A DNA stretch of 64,000 nt. Origin: Octopus bimaculoides (taxonomy: Eukaryota). The stretch is from contig NC_068983.1 of the NCBI RefSeq assembly GCF_001194135.2, forward strand, positions 74,057,020 through 74,121,019, written 5' to 3'. Below the pieces are notes generated by a model. The model was not told where the DNA came from and made no database searches. It was given only the letters and a program-made list of their open reading frames with translations. A program made the translations under genes and the position numbers. Positions 13,259 through 27,762 of the stretch are shown here, piece after piece. Positions within the stretch are counted from its first letter, which is position 1; each line of letters opens with the position of its first letter.

Positions 13259-14872
13259 TTCTTTTTCTTTATTATAGGCGTAAAGCCTGAAAAAAAAGAG
13301 GGGACATCACAAGGACAGACAATACAAAACATGGGGTACATAGAACGTATCATATGAATATAATAAATAAAAGAATGAAATGGCTTACCTGCTCCCCAAA
13401 GCAAGCAGTTCCATTCTACTATTCTAATTAATCATAATTTCATCATTCTTTTTATACAGTCTTACATATCCTGTATGTATTCCAACAAATCATCGAACAA
13501 AACCACGTTCGGTAATGTGTCATACTGGAAAAAGTCTTGTTAGTTTTACTTCCTTACCAAACAGTGCCACCAGTTTATATGCTCTATCTTCCTCTAATAG
13601 TGCTGCTATCTCATTGCTGTGAAACAAGTCTAAGTCTTTGTCCAATTTTTCTCTTGTTAAATTTTATACTTTCACAATCCTGTTTTCAATCTCTTCTTAT
13701 ACATCACCATCATTCTTAAAGTCTGTCCTCTCGGCTGCCTTGTTTTCCTTGTTTGCACTATTTTTTCTCTTATCCTCTTCCTCCACCTCTCATATCTCTC
13801 TTGACTCCTACTTGTTGTCGGCTCTGGTTCCAGGATTCGAATCACACCCTCTTTCTCTTCTGTTTTTGCCGCCTTTCTTTTTTTTTTCTTTGTTTGGACT
13901 TTTTGGCAGTGACTCTGCACTTGTCCTTTTCTTGTTTGCCACTGTTTCTCCTACCGTTTCTTCCCCCACCACTGCTTTACCATCTCTGCCTGGTTTTTCT
14001 CCAATTCCTCCTGTTTATGGGGACACTGCCTGCATGTGTCCTCTACTTCTACAATTATAACATATAGGAAGTCTTCCCTCTACCACGATTCTCAATTGGG
14101 TCTCATCGGGGAGCATCAGCTCCTCTACTATTTTATGCATGTCTGGTAGGCTTATATGAATCACGACTTCTAGACCATATCCCCATCAGTTTATCTCATC
14201 AAACTTCTCCACCTTAATCACCTCCGCTTCCTTTTCACAATTATAGAGGATGGCTGCCACTAGCCATGCCTCATCTATTTCTGGGGGCACTCTCCCTATC
14301 CTGACTCTTGCAGCTCGTTTTCCGTAGTAGGTTGGCAAGAGTGCCCACTTAGCCATTCTCAAAGGCACCATGGAGCACCTTTTTGCTCCTTCTTCATTCA
14401 TGAAGCGCACTTCCACTGTGCCGTATTTCCTTCCTCTGGCGTAGACTGTGGTCACTCCTTTGACTTCCTGCATACACTCTTCAATGGCTACAATCTCTGC
14501 TACTTCCACACGTTTAATTTCAATAAACTATTATTTTCTTCTCGGCTTTTTGTAAAGCGTCGACAGGTGGCATTAATCGGAGGCAATCCCTCTCCTTTTC
14601 AAACAATCCATTAAACTTAAAAAAATTTTTCCTTCTAACTTCACTTATTTCAGTTGCAGCATGTCGGCTGAAAGGCTCTTGCCTGCTACTGCAGTGTAAC
14701 TGCAAGCTTCCATATCTTCACCCCAAAATGGGGAAGAAATTAATAAATTAAACAATAATTAACAAAATTCCAACAATATAGCAGTTTCAAAAATTCAAGA
14801 TACAACTCCCCACTCGCGACAACAACACTATCGTCCAACCAAATCAACAACGCAACTTGAAAAGCTGCGCGA
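13259..14872 (-). mobile_element. ORF1-only (HAL1-like) Tx1-type retroelement, copy 1; ORF1 disrupted
   Basis: ORF 14186-14509 (RGRKYGTVEVRF, RVRIGRVPPEID) continues past a stop to CYNCRSRGHMQAV. Poly(A)/AATAAA and terminal hairpin at 13259-13310. No ORF2 sequence. Confidence 0.85.
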
Positions 14873-17714
14873 CACTTATTTCTTTATTTGGCGCTACAGC
14901 CACAACACAGAGGGGGACACTACAAAGACAGACACAACACTACAACAGGGACATAAAACGAATGAGAATGAGATGTTATATAAAAATGAAGATATGAAAT
15001 GGCTGCATGGGCTCCACTCTCATGGAGTACCATTTGAACGTTTATATACACTATTTACAATCGTTCTATTTTTCTATTGTTTTTTTTCTTAATCATCTTT
15101 TTTTCTTTTTTTAACATGAAACACTTTTCTTTTTCTTTTTTTTTTACCTTTCAACAAAACAATTTTATTTNNNNNNNNNNNNNNNNNNNNNNNNNNNNNN
15201 NNNNNNNNNNNNNNNNNNNNNNNNNNNNNNNNNNNNNNNNNNNNNNNNNNNNNNNNNNNNNNNNNNNNNNNNNNNNNNNNNNNNNNNNNNNNNNNNNNNN
15301 NNNNNNNNNNNNNNNNNNNNNNNNNNNNNNNNNNNNNNNNNNNNNNNNNNNNNNNNNNNNNNNNNNNNNNNNNNCTTCTTGGTTTTCTCTTTTTCTGTTC
15401 CACTTCCTTTTCTTTCGCCACTCTGAACAGTCTCTCCATTTCACCCTCGTACAGTTGCACTCCTGAATCTTTTTCCTTCGCTGAGATAACCGGTATCTTC
15501 AACACTGTTTCCTCCTTCTATAACTCCTTCTCGAACACTTTTTCAATTTCTTTCTCCACCACCCTTTTGTCTTCCTTCCTTCCGGTCGCAGCTTTCATTT
15601 CCACCTCTTCTTTTTCTGGTTCTCTGGTGGCGGGCTAGCTCTTCCACTTCTCTATTTCATTAAATTGGCTATTAAGGCCTTACAAAGAGGGGACAAACAA
15701 GGAGAGACAAACGTAAAGAAGCTGTGGGCTGGACACGGACATTAATGAGATGAAGGTGATAACAAAAAAGGTTGAAATAAAAATGGGAGGGGCACCGGCG
15801 CCCACTGACCGATAACCCCTCGAAAACATTGTTCAATTTAAATATGCATGAAAAAAAAAAAGAACCCAATCATTTGGGTCCCCAAGCAATTTGACTTGCC
15901 GCCCGCAGACAACTCTGCAGCGACAAGTCAGGGCCCGCAAAAAGGAATGCGAGCTCTTTTTTGTCAAGGGTCATGGAGACCCTTGACAACAATGAATGCT
16001 GTACTATCTCCGCAGCTACCTGCGGAGGCCACAATGGACTGAGTGTGTGCTTNNNNNNNNNNNNNNNNNNNNNNNNNNNNNNNNNNNNNNNNNNNNNNNN
16101 NNNNNNNNNNNNNNNNNNNNNNNNNNNNNNNNNNNNNNNNNNNNNNNNNNNNNNNNNNNNNNNNNNNNNNNNNNNNNNNNNNNNNNNNNNNNNNNNNNNN
16201 NNNNNNNNNNNNNNNNNNNNNNNNNNNNNNNNNNNNNNNNNNNNNNNNNNNNNNNNNNNNNNNNNNNNNNNNNNNNNNNNNNNNNNNNNNNNNNNNNNNN
16301 NNNNNNNNNNNNNNNNNNNNNNNNNNNNNNNNNNNNNNNNNNNNNNNNNNNNNNNNNNNNNNNNNNNNNNNNNNNNNNNNNNNNNNNNNNNNNNNGCGGG
16401 CACTTTATCCTGCTCCATGGCCTTATTACGGCCTTTGGGGCAGTTCTTTTTGATGTGGCCAGCTTCCAGGCACATATGGCACCTCGGTTGCCAACCCTCA
16501 ATATTAACCGGGTACTTTGCTCCGGCCAACTTCAAGAAATCCGGAAAGCACACGTCTCCTACAGCCACTGGGGACCACAAGGTCAATGTCGCCTTGGCGC
16601 CCTGCCAGTTGACTGCAGGTGACATGTGCACATTAAGGAGCCTAGGTCCACTGTCNNNNNNNNNNGCGCCCTGCCAGTTGACTGCAGGTGACATGTGCAC
16701 ATTAAGGAGCCTAGGTCCACTGTCCCCCAAGCCCTGCCGAATGGTATCAGCGATCCACTCGGCCTTGTAAATTGGAGGTAGTCCATGAACCCAGGCTCTA
16801 ATTATTCTTCTTCCGCAGTAAGAGGGGAGGAACAAAATTTCCTCCCCCTGCAGAGTCTGGCTTGCCGCATTAGCAGCTTCCTCAGGGGAGTCAAACAACA
16901 ACCACACCGTTGCATATTTGACCCCCCTGGAGATGTAATATTTCTTTGTTGGCAAACAAATTGCCAACTCTTTTTCAATTACCTCTTTATTGAAGAGAGT
17001 AATGGTATTGCGTGACCTACAATAGGTCCGCATGACCACCGTCCTCTTCTCCATTTCTTTTAACCACTGCTTGGGTGGGCACAGTTCCCACTCGACTTAT
17101 CGTTTTCCTTCCCACCACCGTGAATTCCTCCTCCGTTGTTTTTTCTTCCATCTCCACATGTACTACCTTGTCCGTACTCTCCTGGTTCTCCGTCTGTTAT
17201 CTCTGTGGGCACCTCGCCTTCATGTGGTCTTTTTCCCCACATGTAAAACATACAGGCGGCCTGCCCTCCACCACCACCACTCTCAATCTCAAGTCATCGA
17301 GCAGCACTATCTCCTCAACAATTCGGTTTAAGTCCTCTATTGTTGCTTGGATGGTCAACTCAATCCCGTATCCCCAGTAGTTGATTCTTTGTGTCCTTGT
17401 GGCCTTCAGTATCTTGGCCTCCCCCTTCATGTTAAACATTATCTCTGTCATCAGCCATGTTTCTTTTAGTTGTAGGGGCACTTTGCCAACTCGCACTCTG
17501 GCCACACGTTTGCCACAGTATGATGGCAAAAGCACCCACTCCTCCGATCTTATTGCCTCCGTGGAATGCTTAATTGCCTTTTCCTCTGTTGCAATATCAA
17601 TAACAATATCAACAATTTGAACAGTAATAATCAAACAAACAAATATTTAACGCTCTGACTGACGACAAAAACACTCCGTTATGAATAAATCAAACCACCT
17701 ACACTACGCGACGC
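14873..17714 (-). mobile_element. ORF1-only element, copy 2, split into 14873-15660 (C-terminus and 3' end) and 17094-17714 (RRM/CCHC part) by copy 3
   Basis: Both halves align to consecutive parts of the element at 44732-45800 (EGRPPVCFTCGE..HMKA; QLYEGEMERL). Confidence 0.65.
15661..17093 (-). mobile_element. ORF1-only element, copy 3 (divergent family B, ATVWLLF), 5' truncated, nested in copy 2
   Basis: ORF 15870-17054 with CHMCLEAGHIKKNC knuckle; 3' box gaggggac at ~15687-15694; homologue at 54286-54900. Confidence 0.8.
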
Positions 17715-19260
17715 TCTTTCTTTTTGGCATTACGGCCATAGCATAGAGGGGGACACCACAAGGACAGACAACACAAAACGTCGGGTACATACAAACATAT
17801 AACGAATGAATAATGAAAATGAAATGGCTTTCCTACCCACCAAAGTAGGAAGTTCCATTTTTCAGTTATTTAAAATCAGTAATTATTTTCCAGTTTGTAT
17901 AGTGTTCACACCAAATAGTTTATTAACTCCTCGAATTCTGTCACTGATGGCATTTCGTCATATCTAAATCGTAATGCTGTTATTTGTATCCTGTCTGAAT
18001 ATTTCTCTCAATCTTGTTGCTCTCTCATCTTCCAGCAACACTGCTTTCATATTCCGGTTCTCCACCTTGTCTGCCAGTTTTATCCTTATTACGCCTTCCA
18101 TCTTGGAAATTATTTTTTCTATTTCCACGCTCTTTCCGTACTGAAGCATCACTCTTTCGTATTTCCCTTTCGTAAGTGTGTGCTTTTTCTTTTATGCTAA
18201 GGGCGTATTGCTTCTGCTTGTTGTTGCTGATGGATCTGCTTCCTCCCGTGTTTTATGTTTCTTCTGTTGTAGCTCCATTTTATGTGATGAATTTCTATCT
18301 TTCTTCCTTGTTTTGGCCTCTATGAACTTTGTGTCTTGTTCTACGTCTTCTGTCTTCTTCCCTACTTCCATTCCACCTTCTTGTGCTTCTGTTTCTGTAG
18401 TTTCCTTCGTTAGTTTAGGACACCTTCTTCTGATGTGACTCTTCTCTCCCCACTCATGACAAGTCGGAGGCCTCCCCCCCCCCCAACATTACTTCGAGTT
18501 TATCCTCATTGGGCAGCTCCACTGTTTCTGGAATTGCTCCGTATTCGCTCTGATTTGCCATGAAATAAATCTCAAGTCCGTACCCTTATCAATTTATTTA
18601 TTGGGTTTGGGTTATCCGTATCACTTTCACATCACCGCCTCCCTCCCCTTCTCCTGCAGTAAAAACTGCTGCTATTATCCATTCGGGATCAATTCTAAGT
18701 GAGATACTACCCACCCTGATCATGGTTGTGCGTTTACCCAGGGATGCAGGCAGGAGTGTCCATTTTTTCCCACGTAGCATCTTAGTGGAGTGTCTTCTCG
18801 CCTCCTCTTCAGAGACAAAGGTAACCGCTACTGAGGCGTACCTTCTTCCTCTAGTATAGAATGTTATATTTTCTTTCAACTTTTCCAGACACTCGTCCAC
18901 CTCCTCCTGCGTCACATTCTTGAGTTTCTGACTTCTTTTCGAAAACGTTCTGTAAGTTATTGCTCTACTTTCCATTTTCTCCATTTCTTCTGGGGAGGAG
19001 GGTCAACTTTATGTTCGACCCCTCCCTCTTTATCATCTTTTGCTATTTTTTGAGCAGCTCCGCATTACATTACAATACAATTCACTTTGTTCCAGCATAC
19101 CTGGGACGACAATGCCCTGACTTCCCGTTGCTGCCGCGTAGCTCTTCATTTCGATAAACAGTCACAGGCCGCCAAATAATGATGGCGTCACACTCACAAA
19201 ACTCCCTCTTGATTCAACTCGTAAAACTCCTTTTTTTTTTAATACAATTCGCAAAAAGAC
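17715..19260 (-). mobile_element. ORF1-only element, copy 4
   Basis: ORF 18598-18984 (RGRRYASVAVTF), a disrupted knuckle near 18430-18470, C-terminal ORF 17964-18152, and a terminal hairpin at 17725-17738. Confidence 0.85.
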
Positions 19261-19285
19261 AAGTATAAAGTATACATAGATGTAT

Positions 19286-20925
19286 TTATTACCCACTAGG
19301 GGCCAACAAAGAGGAGACAACACATCACATGCGGGACAAAGAACAAGTAAAAAAAAAAGGAACAAAACAACTTATGAATAATAATGAAAAATGTAAATGG
19401 GACCCACTTACGAGCAGCTCCGTTTTCTACCCTTTACTTCCTTTTGAAACCCGTTCCCTCGATCCCTCGGGAATATCAATCCCAGTTTCTTTCAGAAGCC
19501 TATCGTACATCGTAATTTCCGGCAGTGCTTCCCAATCGAAATCCACCTCGCCGAAACTGTAACCGTGCTTATACTTAAATATTTTTTCCCCTTGTTCCTT
19601 TGTTGGTAGCACGCACCTGTGCCAATCCTTAATGTTATCGAAACACACAGTTCCTACTTCGTTTATATCGTCCCAGGACAACACCTCTTCAATCAAATCG
19701 TCATTAGATCTATATATAAAAATTTTACATTTTTTCTTCCTTCTTGTTGACTGGTAAGAGGGAGTTTGTGAGTCTTTGTGTGTACTTGTCTTTTTTTGTT
19801 TTTGTGTCGGAAGGGAATGGGTAGGCTTGGTGTCTGTGGGCAAGGGTGGGTCTGAGAGGGTGTGGGTATGGTTTGCGGTTTAGAGTTCGAAACACTTGCC
19901 TTCTTTCTCTTTTTCCCACTTGTCTTCTGATATTACTTCCACTTCCTTTCTGGTTTCTTCTTCCCATTTGGTGGTACTCTCCAATCCTATTTCCATTTGC
20001 TCCTCCATATTCTTCAGTCGCTCTTCCTCTACTTTTTTGATCTGTGAAGGGCAGTTCGCTCTAATGTGGCCTTTTGGGCAATATTTAAAACATCGAAGGA
20101 CTCTTCCCTCCACCCTGTCCCTCATTTTCACGTGATTCTGTGATATTTTCCAGTATTTCACTTCAAACTTGGACAGTCATATTCAGTACCTGTCCTTTCC
20201 ATATGGCACTTTATTTTTTTGTGGCCTGGAGAACCACTATGTTGTCCTCGTTTCCTAGAAGGACAGCGGCTGCTACTCAAGCCACATCAATCTCTGGTGG
20301 AATTCCTACGCTAATTCTCGTCGCACGTAGACCACGGTAAGTGGACAGAAGCACCACTTCCTCACTCTTGATGGATGTCGCTGCTTGTTTCCTTGCTGTT
20401 ACCGCGTCCTTAAACCTCGCCTCCACTACTTCAAACATTGAACCTCTTGCGAGGTACACAATATCACTCCATATCGGTCTTAATGCCTTCTCTACCTGGC
20501 CTGTAGTCACAACGTCGATTTTTCCTTTTGAAACTGAAAATGTTCGGTACATAATGGTTCTTTCTTTAATACTATTACGCGTCTCTTGCGGGAGGGACAG
20601 TTTCACTTCAGAATTATTCCGACTCAAAAATTCATTGTACATTCCCAAATTCTCAATATCAATCTTCTTTCCCTGGCATTTTGCCACGTCAGCAAAATTC
20701 CTCTTTTCCTTGTTCAATTTCTGGTCCATCTTCCGGACCGCCTCCAACAATTCCTCCTCCAAAGACGATATGTCTGAGAAGCTGAAGTCTTCTACAGACA
20801 TATTTTCCCAAAGCTAACTCTCCTCTACGAGAAGAGAAAGCATAAACAAGCAAACAAACCGCAGCAAAGCAGCACAAAACGTTCACACACGATAGAAAAA
20901 ACACTATGAAAAACGCTAACAACCA
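19286..20925 (-). mobile_element. ORF1-only element, copy 5, with a 25-bp TSD
   Basis: ORF1 pieces 20277-20801, 19880-20161 and 19427-19843. Flanked by AAGTATAAAGTATACATAGATGTAT at 19261-19285 and 20926-20950. Confidence 0.9.
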
Positions 20926-20950
20926 AAGTATAAAGTATACATAGATGTAT

Positions 20951-22509
20951 TTGTTTATTACCCACAAGGGACCAATGCACAGGGGACAATACATCACATG
21001 TGGGACAAAAAAAAAACAAGAAAGAAAAACAAAACTATGTATGAGTAACCTGTATGATAAAGAAAAATGTAAATGGGACCGCTCACTCCACTTACGAGCA
21101 GCTCTATTTTCTACCCTTTACTTCCTTTTATAATCTGTTCCCTCAAGAATATTAGTCTGTTTCCTCTAGAAGCCTATCGTACGTTGTAAATTCCAGCAGT
21201 GCTTCCCAATCGAAATCCACCTCCCGATAACTGTAACCATGTTTATGACTGAATATTTTCCCCCCTTGTTCTTTCGTTGGTAGCATTACACCTGTGCCAA
21301 TCCTTAATATTATCCCCCCCCCCACCAAGTTCCTACTTTTAGATCACCCCAAGACAAAACTTCTTCGATTATAAAAACTTTACATTCATTCTTTTTTTGA
21401 CTGGGGGGAGGGAGTTTGAGGTTCTTTGTGTGTACATTTTTGTTCTTGTGTCGGAGGGGAATGGGTAGACTTGGTGTCTACGGGAGGAGGGTGGGTCTGA
21501 GAGGGTGTGGTTGGGGTGGGTGTGGGTTTAGAGTTCGAAACACTTGCCTTCTTCTGTCACTTTTTCCAGCTTGCTGTTTCCCACTGGTCTTCTGTTGTTA
21601 TTTCCTCCTTCTGGTTCTCTCCAACTTCTCTTCCATTTGTTCCTCTACATTCTCTTGTCTTTCTTCCGCTGCTTCCTTGGTCTGTGAAGGGCAGTCCGCT
21701 CTGTGGCCCTTTAGGCCACATTTATAACATCGAGGGATTCTGCCCTCCACCCTTACTCTCAGCACTGTACCTTCTATGGTAATCGTTTCTGCTAGTTTTT
21801 CTAGGCTTTCCGTTGAACCCTGAATAATTAGGTCCAGCGTCTGTCCTTTCCAGTTAGTACTTTCTGTCATAGTGGCCTGGAGGACCACTATTTCTTCCTC
21901 GCTGCCGAGAAGTACAGCGGCCACCACCCAGGCCACGTCAGCCTCAGGTGGGATTCCTTCTACCCTCACCCGAGATGCCCGCCTTTCCAGGTATGTAGGT
22001 AGAAGCACTGTACTATCCGTTCTCAGTGTTTCCGCCGAGTATTTCTTCGCTTCAGCGACGTCTTTCAGACGAATCTCTATATCTTGCCAGATTGTTGCCA
22101 AGGCCTTCTCAGTCTTCTCCGCCGGCATAATCCCTTTCTTTTTTTTCAATGGAGTACACCTTGAATACAATCGTTTTTTCGTTTAGTACTTTCAAAACTT
22201 GTTGTGAAGGAGACAACCTAACATCGCCTTCCTCTCTCACTAACATTTTCTCATAACATTTTAAATCCGATACATTTACCCCCTTACTCTGGATTTCAAT
22301 GATTCTACCGAAACCCTTCTAATCTTTTGTCCATCCCCTTTATTCACGCTACCAATCCTTCTTCGGAGGAAGACATGACAGACGCACTAAAACCAACGCA
22401 CAACATTCTTCAGCTGCTCTAAAGCAGAACACACACACACACGCACACGCACACGCACACACATTAAACCGTCTTACCACTGTAAAAATACCAGTAGAAT
22501 ACCGCATCC
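20951..22509 (-). mobile_element. ORF1-only element, copy 6 (close relative of copy 5)
   Basis: ORF 21598-22170 (PRCYKCGLKGH). 3' UTR similar to copy 5. Right flank AAGTATAAAGTATACATAG at 22510-22528. Confidence 0.9.
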
Positions 22510-22533
22510 AAGTATAAAGTATACATAGTTGTT

Positions 22534-23230
22534 GATTTTTTTAATTACCCATAAGGGGCATACACAGACAGGACAATACATGACATGTGGGGACGTATAA
22601 CAATTAAAAAATAATAAAATTATGATAAATATGAATGAAAATGATATATGGAAATGTGCTACTTACCCCACCTCAGCAACATCATTTACTTCCTTTTAGA
22701 TCCAGTTCAAATTAATTCCATATCGTTCTTCCAGTTCCCTTCACACTGCCTCTAGAAGTTCTTCTTCCAAGGTACGTGGGTAAGACAATCATCCCTTTCC
22801 GTCTTCATAGAGTTTACGGAGTATTCCCTGGCCTTTTCCTTATTTTTAAAATGCACATCAATTGTGCCGTATCGGTTTTCTCTGACAAGATATGCTATAT
22901 CTTGCCAGATTGGCTTCAAAGCATTTTCTATTTCTTCCGTAGGTTTGTTTTCTATTCTTTTTTTCCTTAATTGAATATACCTATATACTATTTTCCTTTC
23001 TTCCATGTTTCTTAAAACTTCTTTAGGTGGTAAGTTTTACATCACCACCTTCTCAATTCAACATTTTTTCGAAATTCAAATTTTTTAGGCTTGCCTCCTT
23101 CTTTGGAACCTCCGTCGCCCCCACGAAACTTTTACCCTTTAGGCACTTGTCCATTTTTTTACCGATTTTACAAGCTCCTCCTCGGATGACGACAGTTCTG
23201 AAGACGATACCTCTGATCCGCTCAGGTCCG
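22534..23230 (-). mobile_element. Internally deleted, 5'-truncated ORF1-only element, copy 7 (~0.7 kb)
   Basis: ORF 22752-23006 (LKPIWQDIAYLVRENRYGTIDVHF) joins directly to the 3' UTR. The 5' end breaks inside the DLSGSE motif at 23230. Confidence 0.85.
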
Positions 23231-25426
23231 AAGTATACATAGATGTATATAGTGGTCAAAGTATTGCGCTTTATATTTGTATTTGTAGAACTGGAAGATG
23301 TCAATTTAATTTTTTAAAGTTAATGCAACTGTAAGAATCCATTTATCGTAGATGAGATGTGCACGGATTCGAATTTCAGGAAGAACTATTTAACATTCAT
23401 GTAGTGTATAATTTATGTTGTGTAACTATGCGTATACTCAAATAATTCTAATTAATTTATCTACCAACTCGTTTGTAAATATCCCCTTATTTTGATATCA
23501 CTACTAGAAAGAGCAAAGAATAGTCACAAATGTAAATCCTTGTTAGATCTTTTATAATATTTAAAAGTTTTATAGAACCTATGTATACATGTTGATAGCA
23601 CTTCCGATTGACAATTTTTAAAATTCTTTTGTCTATATAATAATAGATATAGTTTCTATTATATTTGAGGAAAGCTGTAGCGATTCTTTTGTATAGAAAC
23701 GGCAACTAAAAGATTTGTGTGTATGGTGTAGCTGAGTCTATTATTGACCAATCTAATCTGCAGTTAACTTTGTTTTGTTTAAGTTTGTGTATATAAGTAG
23801 CTAATGAGGTAGTATTACTAGTTATACTCAGCTTAAAAGAATGTATGTGTGCTAAAAAATCTTTAAAATTAACAGAACTCTGTTTGTATACCATACTATT
23901 TGAATTATCAGTTAATATAATGATGCATTTGTATATTACATTAAATCTTCTACATTTGCCTTCTAAAGGACATAATTCTTTATTTTTACATGAACAATTT
24001 TTATTTTTATATTTCTGTTCAGAGGTATAATGCCTAATATTATTATGATTATTTGTTAAGGTGCATGGTATTATCATTGAATTTACTGTGGGATCGTTTG
24101 TCGTAGAGTTAGGTATATTTACTATTTGTGAATTATTATTATTAGCTTGTGGTGTTGTTATCTAAGGCATGTTGTATATTTTCAAATGCATGATTTTTAG
24201 AATTTTGCTGGGATTTTGTGACATCTATATTATTGCTAGGTGTTCTCGCATTTTGAGTATTAAATGAAATCCTAGTGCTACTGTTTATTTCGTTACTAAT
24301 ATTGTTATTGTTATTTCTAAAGTAATTTTTATATTTATTAATTTTTCTTCTATTAGAACTGGCGATAATTGATCCTATGTTTGGCGTTGTAGAGAAGGAT
24401 ATTTTAATTGATGATCTGTTAAATATGTGGTGATATTTATGATTACTAGGAAAGCTTTTTTTAAAAACTATATTTAAAAACATTTTTGCCTAACTCTTAA
24501 CGTTTAATGAAAAGGGAGGTGTATACCAAATAATTTCTCTCTTTCCGCTCTTAAGTAATTTATTACATTTATATATTGATTTAGGGATTTGCGTAATTTT
24601 CACTGAGTGTTTTTTTGTTATTACTATATTTAGTAACTTTTTTTATCATCACGTTTTCTAGATTTGTCGTTGTTTTATAGAAGTTTCTTCGTTTCGTATT
24701 GAGTATTATTGTTATAGTTAAGGTTACCTTTATTTCTTGTTTTAGTATAACATGCAGTTTTGATTGATTCCATCTGTGCGATGTAAATCTTTAGTATCCT
24801 TTATATATTTAATGCTTTGTTTTAATCCACTAGCAGCTTAAGCCTGATTGTAATAGCTTGCATGATTATTAAAAAATTCTTCATTATAAGATAGATCAGA
24901 TACTCTACAAGATATACTATTTACGATACTATTAAGTAATGATATATGATGATTTGAGTTAATGTTTATATATTTAAGGTATTCGTTGGGTTTATGGAAA
25001 GGAGAGTAAGTAGAAGTATTAAGATCTAGAGTTACGTCTAAGAAATTTGCTTTAGAGCAGCTTTCCTCAAATATAACAAATAAAAATTTTAATAAAATTT
25101 TTGTAGTTCTTCTCCCATTTTTCCTATTTTTCTTTTGGATCTGCCGTTATATACTAGGAGAGTATCATCTCTCTATAATCCTCCCTTCAGAGACGGGAAG
25201 TAATGCTTGGTCTCGTATAACAAATATAATCTTACTAAGTCGGTAATTTGTGCGGAATTGGACAATCTCATGGTGATATCAAATAAATAAAATAAATTAT
25301 TATTGTCAAAGTGGCACCATAATTTGTCATTGAATTTAATAAGTGTTTTTCTAGCTAATAGAATAATATCGATTTCTAGTGGTGTAATATCAGTGAGACT
25401 TGACTAGAATTATAGTTTTATTTAAT

Positions 25427-26097
25427 ACTAGCAGAAATACCCGGCATTGCCCGGGTGAAAGAGAATAATGAAATCTAAAAACGCCGTCTAGACTACGCAA
25501 CCCTCAACTGTTAGTAGCTACGATACCATATTTCTACATTAATANNNNNNNNNNACTGTTAGTAGCTACGATACCATATTTCTACATTAATAACTCTCCA
25601 ATCCATGCCAGCATGGAACATAGACATTAAGTCGAATGCCAGTCTCTCATCTGGGAAGGTTTGGAATCAATGTTACCAACTGGGGACTGTGTCTCGCAGT
25701 GATAATAAAAAGACTCAAAGGAGGTCTGCAACGAAATAATTTTACTCAACACTTTGCAAGTGAATCAGTCGAGGCAAATATGCGTCTCATTTACTTGACA
25801 ATTTATGCACCACATTGCAGAAATCACAATGTAAGTATATCTGAAAGGGTAGTCTTACACTGTTGTACCGTTGAATTACAAATAATGCTCATCTGTTATG
25901 TTCGGCTTAAAATTTCATTAACATCAAAAATATATGAATTTTCATGGGAGTTATGGCCGTTATACATAGAATATAATTTCCAAATTTCATAAAGATCCAT
26001 TTAGTACTTTTTGACCTAGTTTTGGATAAGAAAACAAATGCCTAATGTGTGTGTTTATGTGTGTGATGGGTGTATATATGTATAGATATCTGTATGC

Positions 26098-26140
<43 letters not shown>

Positions 26141-26640
26141 TATTTCATGTACGTCTATATATATATATATATATATATATACNNNNNNNNNNTATACATC
26201 TACACATATGTATACATATACATGTATGCATATAGATCTATATCTCTATATATATATCTATACATATACGTGTACATATACATCTATATGTATACATATA
26301 CATCTTTCTCTCTCTCTCTCTAAAGGTATCTGTCATTACAGTATCGAAATATGATTGTTTCAGTTAGTGGAATAGTTTCATTTTTAAAGTGAAAGTATTT
26401 GACATGAGTGTTTTTGTTTTACTTTTGACACGTAATACTTAAATAGTGGAGGAGATATTATGTTGCCGTGGGCTCGAACTCTGCAAGAAGTTAAAAATTT
26501 TCTTTGACTAAAACACAACTGGAACCTTAAGTAAGGCATCTGTAAAATTTGAATGAAATTGGTTGCGTAGTTCTCGAGTTTTAGGGATTGACAGACAGAC
26601 AGGCAGACAGACACACATTCTTATTTTTATATATATAGAT
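25427..26640 (+). mobile_element. DINE-1/HINE-like (Helentron-associated) non-autonomous element inserted in the PLE
   Basis: Starts TACTAGCAGAAATACCCGGCATTGCCCGGG (short palindrome), has internal (TA)n/(TC)n, and ends with (ACAG)n...TTTTTATATATATAGAT, the architecture of these elements. Confidence 0.6.
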
Positions 26641-27673
26641 GATCGCTAATATAGATGCATAATAGTTATTAATGTCAAATTGTAAGAATGACAAATTGGT
26701 TTTATTTGGTAGTAAATGGAGCCAAGTTATTACTTCCTCTGTACTGAACCAATGGTTACAATTGAGTTTTTTTTCTTTACTATAGGTATAACTCTGTCTA
26801 AAATATTTTTTCTGATCTTCCTGAGGTCTGATTTAGTCGGACAAATTAATATTATAGTAGGATTAATATTAAAATCCAATTTGTGGCCCTTCACATTAAA
26901 ATGTGTATTTGGAGTGTATATTTCCGCGCGGTTTTAACATCCAATTTATGCACAATTATACATTGTTCTTTGTGTCATTTCTAAATGTGACGGGTTAGTA
27001 ATTTTGCATGATTTACGTATTTCATTATGTATAAAATCTTGGTATTGAGTTGGGGTTATAGAATATAAATTTCCAGTTTTATCAGAGAAGACGTGTATAT
27101 TTGGTGGCTTAATAATTTGACTATTTTAGCTAGATTCTTTTGATATTTGGAAGAAAATGTTGAGAATTTTATGGATTTTGCCATTTCTAATATTGCGTTT
27201 TCAAAGTCAATTAATAGTGGATTATATGGTGGATTTTTATAAGATTTGAGTCTGTAGTTATTATTACTTTGGTCTTTTACAGTTTCTTTGTTAGCATAAA
27301 AGAATGCCTTCCATCTCATTCTTTTTATTAAGTCGTTGGTTTTCTGAAGTGAGGATAATAAGTATGTGTCCTTAGGAGGAATCTGTATATCTTTAAGTGA
27401 TATTCCAAGATATTGCTTTTCCATGCTTAAAAAATCCAGTATTAAGTGCTCTTTATATATAAAGCTCTATATATATATCTTTAATTAAATATTTTCTATG
27501 GGAATATGATATACTGAATTTGAAATGAGTGCTCTTTGTATAGAAGTGTCAAAGTATTAATATTATTAAAGTATTTAGACATTTAATACGAGCGATTATA
27601 TATAATATAGTGAAATAATAGGAAAATCAATATAAAAAAAATTTTCAAAGATATATATGTAAAATAATATTGT

Positions 27674-27712
<39 letters not shown>

Positions 27713-27762
27713 CATATGTAAATATATAAAGTGTGACGGTTTAAAAGTTTAAGTATTTAACG

